Assembly (NCBI GenBank): GCA_035635635.1
Contig: DASQAS010000056.1
Span: 18,666 to 82,665, forward strand
DNA: 64,000 nucleotides
DNA from: Myxococcales bacterium
GTDB lineage: Bacteria > Myxococcota > Myxococcia > Myxococcales > 40CM-4-68-19
Direction: 5' to 3'
The notes beneath the pieces were generated by a model. That model was not told the DNA's origin. It made no database searches and was given only the letters and a program-made list of their open reading frames with translations. A program made the position numbers and the translations under genes. Each line of letters opens with the position of its first letter. Within the stretch, counting starts at the first letter, position 1. Shown here piece by piece: positions 59,670-64,000 of this stretch.

Positions 59670-60450
59670 CGGCGCGGCGCCGCCCCGGCTGTTCCGGGCC
59701 GTCTGCCTGCAGATGCTGGTGCTGACCGGCGTGGCGCTCTTGTCGGCGCTTCCCGGCATCCCGTCAAAAAAAAGCGCGCCGGTGCCCGAGCCGGAGCCCA
59801 AGAAGCGCGAGGAGCGGCGGATCCGCATCGTCCAGCTTCCCAAGCCGCCTCCGCTCCCGAAGACGGAGCCCGCGAAGGTCCCGCCTCCGCCGCAAGCGGC
59901 TCCGGCCCAGGCGCAGCCCGCCCCCGCCCGGGAGGCGGCCCGCCCGGCCACGGCATCGCCGGCACCAACTCCGGCGCCGGCGCTGGCTAGAATCGCCGCG
60001 GATTCGACGGCCATGAGCGGCGTACGGATGCGCGTGCTGGTGCCGCGCAGCCCGGCCGAGCTGGCCGCGCACCTGCGCAACTCGGGAGCTTGCCTGGTGG
60101 TCTCGCGCCTCGTGGGCGACGGCGCCGAGGTGCTCTCGGTGCTGGGCCTGGACGGCTCGCGCGCGGTGCAGACGTCCGGTCCGCCCTGCTCTGGAGTGCC
60201 GCGTTTGCTGCGCGACCCCGCCCTGAACGCCGCGCTGGGCGATCCGCTGGGCCGCGCCCGCGCGCAGTCTCCGGGCGACGAGATCGTCTTCCAGATCATC
60301 CTCAGCCCCCGCCTGCACGACACGGCGCAGGCGGCGCTGCGGGCGCGCTTCGGCGCGATCGGTGAAGAGGAAATGGGCCGGCGCGCGGCGGAAAGCGGGT
60401 ACGAGCTCACCTGCTTCGCTGAGCCAGCGGGACCCTTGCGATGTGAATGA
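59647..60450 (+). CDS. Single-TM protein with a TonB-like Pro/Lys/Glu-rich spacer (267 aa)
   Basis: The TM helix is LFRAVCLQMLVLTGVALLSAL. It is followed by PVPEPEPKKREERRIRIVQLPKPPPLPKTEPAKVPPPPQAAP. The C-terminal domain lacks TonB_C motifs that I can see. The gene overlaps the upstream gene by 23 nt. Confidence 0.55.
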   Translation: MQILPAIDGAAPPRLFRAVCLQMLVLTGVALLSALPGIPSKKSAPVPEPEPKKREERRIRIVQLPKPPPLPKTEPAKVPPPPQAAPAQAQPAPAREAARPATASPAPTPAPALARIAADSTAMSGVRMRVLVPRSPAELAAHLRNSGACLVVSRLVGDGAEVLSVLGLDGSRAVQTSGPPCSGVPRLLRDPALNAALGDPLGRARAQSPGDEIVFQIILSPRLHDTAQAALRARFGAIGEEEMGRRAAESGYELTCFAEPAGPLRCE

Positions 60451-60470
60451 ATGTTACCCGGAGGTGCCGT

Positions 60471-62222
60471 ATGAAGCCGCTCGTCTTCTCATTCCTGGTC
60501 GCCAGCGCCGCTCTGGGCGCGGCAGCAGCGCCGCAAGACGAGACCATCGCGGTTCTCGAGCTGCGCTCCCGCGCCAATCCCATCTCCGCCGCCGAGGCGA
60601 GCGATCGGCTGCGCGAGGCCGTCCGCCGGGCCGCGCCCGAGGCCCGCATCGTCGATCGGACCGGCGACGCGGACTACGTCCTCTCCGGCAAGCTCTCCCG
60701 CGGCGGGATCGGCTACCGGGTCTGGCTCGAGCTGCGCGACCGCACCGGAGAGCTGGTGCAGCGCGCCTCCGCCACGGCGGGCTCCCGCCGCGAGCTTCTG
60801 GAGGCGGTCGAGGCTGCGACCTCAGATCTACTGGCCGCCCGCCCGGAGGCCCTCGCGGCCGGACCGCTCACCATCGCGCCCATCCAGCTTCCGGAGGTGC
60901 CGGCGCCCGTCGAGTCCTCCCAGGACGACAGCGTGCTGAACCTGGAGGCCGACGCGAACGTGCTGGTCGCCTGGGACCGGGCGCGCCGGGTGGAGGCGCG
61001 CGGCAAGGACATGCCGGAGGATGCCGCCTACGCCTGGCGGCGGCTCGCCTCGATGCCGGGCCTGAATCCCTTCCGCGAGATCGCCCTGACGCGCGCGCAG
61101 CAGTGGGACGCGTTCGCCAGCGCGAAGCGGGCGGCGGAGACGCAACAGGCGCGCGACGTGCAGCGGCTGCGCAAGGTGCTGCCGCTCAGGTCGTTGGGGG
61201 ACGAGGCGAAGATCGACCTTCTGGTGCGGTTCGCGACCGCGTACGGATTCGACAAGATGTCGCCGCTCGTGGCCCTGCTGCCCTCGGCCGAGGCGCGCGC
61301 CCGCGCCGAGCTGTCGCTGGACTGCGAGGTGAAGGAGGCGCCCGCCTGCGTGCAGCTCGCGCGCGCGGCGGACGAGGCCAAGGACGCGAAGGCCGCGGTC
61401 GAGTACCTGGACCGCGCTTGCGCCGCCGGAGCGGCGGAAGCCTGCGCCGAGGTCGGGGATCGATGGCTGCAGACCGAGACGCTGGACGCCGGTCGCGCCG
61501 TGACCGCGCTGCAGCGTGGATGCGAGGCCGCCAACGCGGCGGCCTGCGTGCGGCTCGCGCGCGTGCACGAGGAAGGCGAGGGCGTTCCCGCCAACCCGAA
61601 GCTGGCCGCCGACGCCAGGGAGAAGGCGTGCAACGCCGGCGACGGCAAGAGCTGCCGGCGACTGGCGGGCATGAGCGACGAAGCGGGCCGGATCGCCGAT
61701 CTGCTGCGCAAGGGCTGCGACGGCGGTGACAGCGTCTCGTGCGCACTGGCCGCGCGGGAGCCGGCGCTCGTCCAGCGTGAGCTCCAGGAGGCCTCCGCAG
61801 CGGCGAAGAAGGCAAAGAAGTCCGCCGTGACACCAGCGGCCGCGCAGGTGCCTCCCGCCACGCAGCCTCCGGCTTCGCCGCCCCGCACGGAAGAGACATC
61901 GTCGGGCAGCGGCAACGGCAAGGTCGCCGCCGGGATGATCCTCTTCGGCGCCCTGGCGGGAGCCGGCGCGCTGATGCTGGCCCTCGACGACTCCGAATCG
62001 TCGGGCTCGTACCGCCGGGGGCCCGGGCGGAACCTCGTGTACCAGGCGCCCCAGCCGAACACGGGCCGGACGGTGCTCACGGTCCTGATGGGAAGCGCGG
62101 CGGTGATCACGACGGGCGCGGGCCTCGCGGTCCTGTTCTCCAAGCCGAAGGAGCCCGAGAAGCCCAGCGTCGGCGTGGGCGTCTCCACGACCGGGGTGGT
62201 GGTGTCGGGGAGCTTCCACTGA
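60471..62222 (+). CDS. Exported Sel1-like (Cys-containing) repeat protein with C-terminal TM segments
   Basis: ATG at 60471 gives the signal peptide MKPLVFSFLVASAALGAAAA. Sel1/Hcp-like repeats are present: ACAAGAAEACAEVGDRW, GCEAANAAACVRLARVHEEGEGVPANPKLA and KACNAGDGKSCRRLAG. Two C-terminal hydrophobic helices follow. Confidence 0.78.
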   Translation: MKPLVFSFLVASAALGAAAAPQDETIAVLELRSRANPISAAEASDRLREAVRRAAPEARIVDRTGDADYVLSGKLSRGGIGYRVWLELRDRTGELVQRASATAGSRRELLEAVEAATSDLLAARPEALAAGPLTIAPIQLPEVPAPVESSQDDSVLNLEADANVLVAWDRARRVEARGKDMPEDAAYAWRRLASMPGLNPFREIALTRAQQWDAFASAKRAAETQQARDVQRLRKVLPLRSLGDEAKIDLLVRFATAYGFDKMSPLVALLPSAEARARAELSLDCEVKEAPACVQLARAADEAKDAKAAVEYLDRACAAGAAEACAEVGDRWLQTETLDAGRAVTALQRGCEAANAAACVRLARVHEEGEGVPANPKLAADAREKACNAGDGKSCRRLAGMSDEAGRIADLLRKGCDGGDSVSCALAAREPALVQRELQEASAAAKKAKKSAVTPAAAQVPPATQPPASPPRTEETSSGSGNGKVAAGMILFGALAGAGALMLALDDSESSGSYRRGPGRNLVYQAPQPNTGRTVLTVLMGSAAVITTGAGLAVLFSKPKEPEKPSVGVGVSTTGVVVSGSFH

Positions 62223-62266
62223 GCCGACCAGGAGGCTGTCCCCCTGATGGTCAAGCGTGACTGAAG

Positions 62267-62291
62267 CGTGCTCGTGCCCGGCACGAGCACG
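62267..62291. terminator. GC-rich hairpin between convergent genes (possible terminator without a U-tract)
   Basis: CGTGCTCGTGC-CCG-GCACGAGCACG is a perfect 11-bp stem with a 3-nt loop. It lies 45 nt after the Sel1 gene stop and 37 nt before the 3' end of the convergent minus-strand gene. No flanking T run is present. Confidence 0.4.
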
Positions 62292-62327
62292 GGTCCCAAG
62301 CACGAGCGCCAGCACGCTGACCCGAGC

Positions 62328-62633
62328 TTATCGCAGCAGGCGAAGCGAGAGGGCGACCGTCAGGGTGGACACGAAGGCCATGGCGGCCGCGACGGTGGCG
62401 CCGTTCTTCGAGCCTTCACGGGTCCAGATCAGCCCGGCGCAGATGGCGATGGCGGCCCAGATCAGGCTGCGGGCGTACTGCAGGCGCAGCGCGATCACGT
62501 TCAGTTGCAGCAGCAGGCCGATGGAGGAGGCGGCCAGCGCGCCGATGGCAAGGCGGCGGTCGTTGTGCTCGCGGACGAAGAGGTACACCGAGCCGGCCAG
62601 GGTGACGAGGACGAAGAATAGCCGCATCGACAT
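62328..62633 (-). CDS. Small three-TM membrane protein (101 aa)
   Basis: ATG at 62633 is preceded by GGGAGG. The product is MSMRLFFVLVTLAGSVYLFV...LAIGALAASSIGLLLQL...LIWAAIAICAGLIW. Confidence 0.6.
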   Translation of the reverse strand: MSMRLFFVLVTLAGSVYLFVREHNDRRLAIGALAASSIGLLLQLNVIALRLQYARSLIWAAIAICAGLIWTREGSKNGATVAAAMAFVSTLTVALSLRLLR

Positions 62634-62857
62634 GGTGGACCTCCCACGGCGACGATACCCGAGGGGCACTTTCCGACAAGAAAGCAACCTGCCGTAAATA
62701 GGGGCAGATGTGGGCATCGCCAGAGAAGTGTCGAATCCTCCGGCAGCCCCGGTTGCGATCTGCAACCAAACCTGGACAGGCAAGGGCGTGTCCCAGAGGG
62801 AAGCGGATCTGGCACGGGACGTGAAGGGGACGACTGACGAACCCCGGAGAGCCGCCG

Positions 62858-63454
62858 ATGACCCCGATCATGAACGCCGTCCGACCAATCCGATCGTTGC
62901 CTGCCTCCCGAGTGACCGCCCGGCGTGCCGAGATCCAGGGCCAGGTCGTGTCCGTAGGAGCCCCGGGCCGCGGCACCGTCCGGCTGGTCGCAGCGGCGGA
63001 GAACCAGATCGTGCGCAAGGGCGATCTCCTGCTGGAGATGCGCAGCGCCGGCCCGGACCGGAAGATGCCCGCGGCCTTGCAGGCGTCGTGGACGGCGGTC
63101 CTCAGGTCCCCGGAAGTCCGCGCCCCGGTGGACGGGCGCGTGGTCCAGGTGGACGTCGTGACAGACGAATTCGTGGACCGGTCGCAGCCCGTGTTCGCGA
63201 TCCTGCAGTCGGACGACGTCTGGATCGTCGCGGATTTCCACCCCGATTTTCTGGAGGGGATCCGGCCCGGCCAGCGGGCGTCCGTCCAGGCCGGCGGCCT
63301 TGAATTGACTGCGAGAGTCGAGTTCGTCGACGCGGACGGGTCGGCCCTCCTGGAGTTCGAGCAGGACGAGTTGAATCCAGCCGAGATCCTGCTCCCCGGC
63401 GCCCCGGCGGAGGTCACTATCGACCTGGATCAGCCCCGCTTGCGCATCCGCTGA
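62858..63454 (+). CDS. Short HlyD/membrane-fusion-protein-like barrel-sandwich protein (198 aa)
   Basis: The ATG is preceded by GGAG. The product contains VRKGDLLLEM...LRSPEVRAPVDGRVVQVDV...GQPVFAILQSDDVWIVADF...GQRASV, i.e. the lipoyl-like and beta-barrel parts of periplasmic adaptors. There is no TM anchor and no alpha-hairpin. Confidence 0.6.
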   Translation: MTPIMNAVRPIRSLPASRVTARRAEIQGQVVSVGAPGRGTVRLVAAAENQIVRKGDLLLEMRSAGPDRKMPAALQASWTAVLRSPEVRAPVDGRVVQVDVVTDEFVDRSQPVFAILQSDDVWIVADFHPDFLEGIRPGQRASVQAGGLELTARVEFVDADGSALLEFEQDELNPAEILLPGAPAEVTIDLDQPRLRIR

Positions 63455-63519
63455 CCGTCGGGAGACGTCCGCCGCTCGAAGCGGTATGTTCCCGGGTCCT
63501 TTCCCTCCGGGGGTTTCCC

Positions 63520-64000
63520 ATGCCGCGCACCGCGATAATGGTCGCACTGGTCTGCTCGTGGCTCTTCTCCTCCTCGGCCTTTGCCTGGAACCGCGGCGAG
63601 GCCCAGCGGTTTGCCACGCTTCCGGCGGGGACCGCGCACCCGGAGGGGATCGCCGTCGACGCCGATGGCAACGTGTACGTGGCCGACTTCGACGTGAGCA
63701 AGGCCGGTCCCGGTCAGATCGTCGTGTTCGATCCCTCGGGGCAGCACGCGCGGGTGGTGGACGTCGCCGGCTCGAGCAATTTGCTGCTGGGGCTCGACTT
63801 CCACCGCGTCGGCCGCAACGTGGAGCTCCTGGTGATCGACTTCGGTGGCCAGAAGGTGCTTCGCGTCGATCCGGTGACCGGAGCCTCGAGCATCTTCACC
63901 ACCATCCCCGGCGGCGCGGCGGCAGGCCCGAACGCGCTGACCTTCGACGACGCGGGCAATGTCTACATCTCCGACTCGTTCCAGGGCGTGATCTGGCAGG
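63520..64000 (+). CDS. Exported beta-propeller protein (SMP-30/gluconolactonase/NHL-like), 3' end outside the window
   Basis: The signal peptide is MPRTAIMVALVCSWLFSSSAFA. Motifs include HPEGIAVDADGNVYVADF...VVFDPSG...LTFDDAGNVYISD. The frame is open to the window edge. Confidence 0.7.
   Translation, partial: MPRTAIMVALVCSWLFSSSAFAWNRGEAQRFATLPAGTAHPEGIAVDADGNVYVADFDVSKAGPGQIVVFDPSGQHARVVDVAGSSNLLLGLDFHRVGRNVELLVIDFGGQKVLRVDPVTGASSIFTTIPGGAAAGPNALTFDDAGNVYISDSFQGVIWQ

Noticed and set aside
62810-62825. A sigma-54-like promoter, TGGCAC-N5-GTGA, upstream of the HlyD-like gene.
   Set aside because: The -24 GG element is present, but the -12 element lacks the invariant GC (GTGA instead of TTGC). 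No enhancer-binding-protein gene is adjacent.
1-64000. A search by eye for tRNA, rRNA, CRISPR repeats, IS elements, transposases, integrases and toxin-antitoxin pairs.
   Set aside because: No intergenic region has tRNA-like T-arm or anticodon-arm structure or regularly spaced direct repeats. No ORF shows DDE or tyrosine/serine recombinase motifs. This negative result is limited by manual inspection.

Overview
This is a 64 kb window of very GC-rich bacterial DNA; third codon positions are almost always G/C. Lipoprotein density, PilZ/GGDEF/class III cyclase signalling genes and an FmdB zinc ribbon suggest Myxococcota-like content, but that is inference only. I support about 57 protein-coding genes, packed tightly, with many 4-nt ATGA/GTGA/TTGA stop-start overlaps. 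I saw no rRNA, tRNA, CRISPR array, transposase or integrase.

Gene content, left to right:
- 1-4907: a polysaccharide/envelope block with two GT-B glycosyltransferases, an HtrA-like protease, a polyprenyl-phosphate sugar transferase and a DUF1343 protein.
- 4900-12398: housekeeping genes (nadD, hemB), a fused double ATP-grasp Ddl-like ligase next to a DmpA-type aminopeptidase, and a DUF72 protein.
- 12682-17243: an FmdB zinc ribbon, a HAMP adenylate cyclase and neighbouring genes.
- 17314-18830: a fur gene followed by an exported barrel-like protein and a small CXXCH lipoprotein. Two Fur-box-like operators lie at 17293-17311 and 17850-17868.
- 18884-25135: a 2083-aa repetitive helical protein ending in a DUF4157 HExxH domain.
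- 25181-35687: ftsB, a GGDEF cyclase, a PIN-PhoH ATPase, a PilZ protein, and lipid kinase, SDR, aldehyde dehydrogenase and M28 peptidase genes.
- 35674-50917, minus strand: a 15.2 kb ten-gene operon that I cannot assign to any described system.
- 52636-62222: a divergent pair of operons encoding an SLT lytic transglycosylase, an M23 endopeptidase and a class A PBP, plus several unassigned envelope proteins.

The ten-gene operon is the best candidate for an undescribed system. It encodes three cytoplasmic proteins with no motifs I recognise, three cysteine-rich exported proteins, an Opp/Dpp-like permease, a permease fused to two ABC ATPase domains, a 111-aa membrane protein and an 839-aa protein with actin/Hsp70-like (ASKHA) phosphate-binding motifs.

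All functional calls rest on motifs read by eye from the translations; no database search was run. In this GC-rich DNA many long ORF-track entries are antisense or alternate-frame artefacts, and these are listed as rejected.
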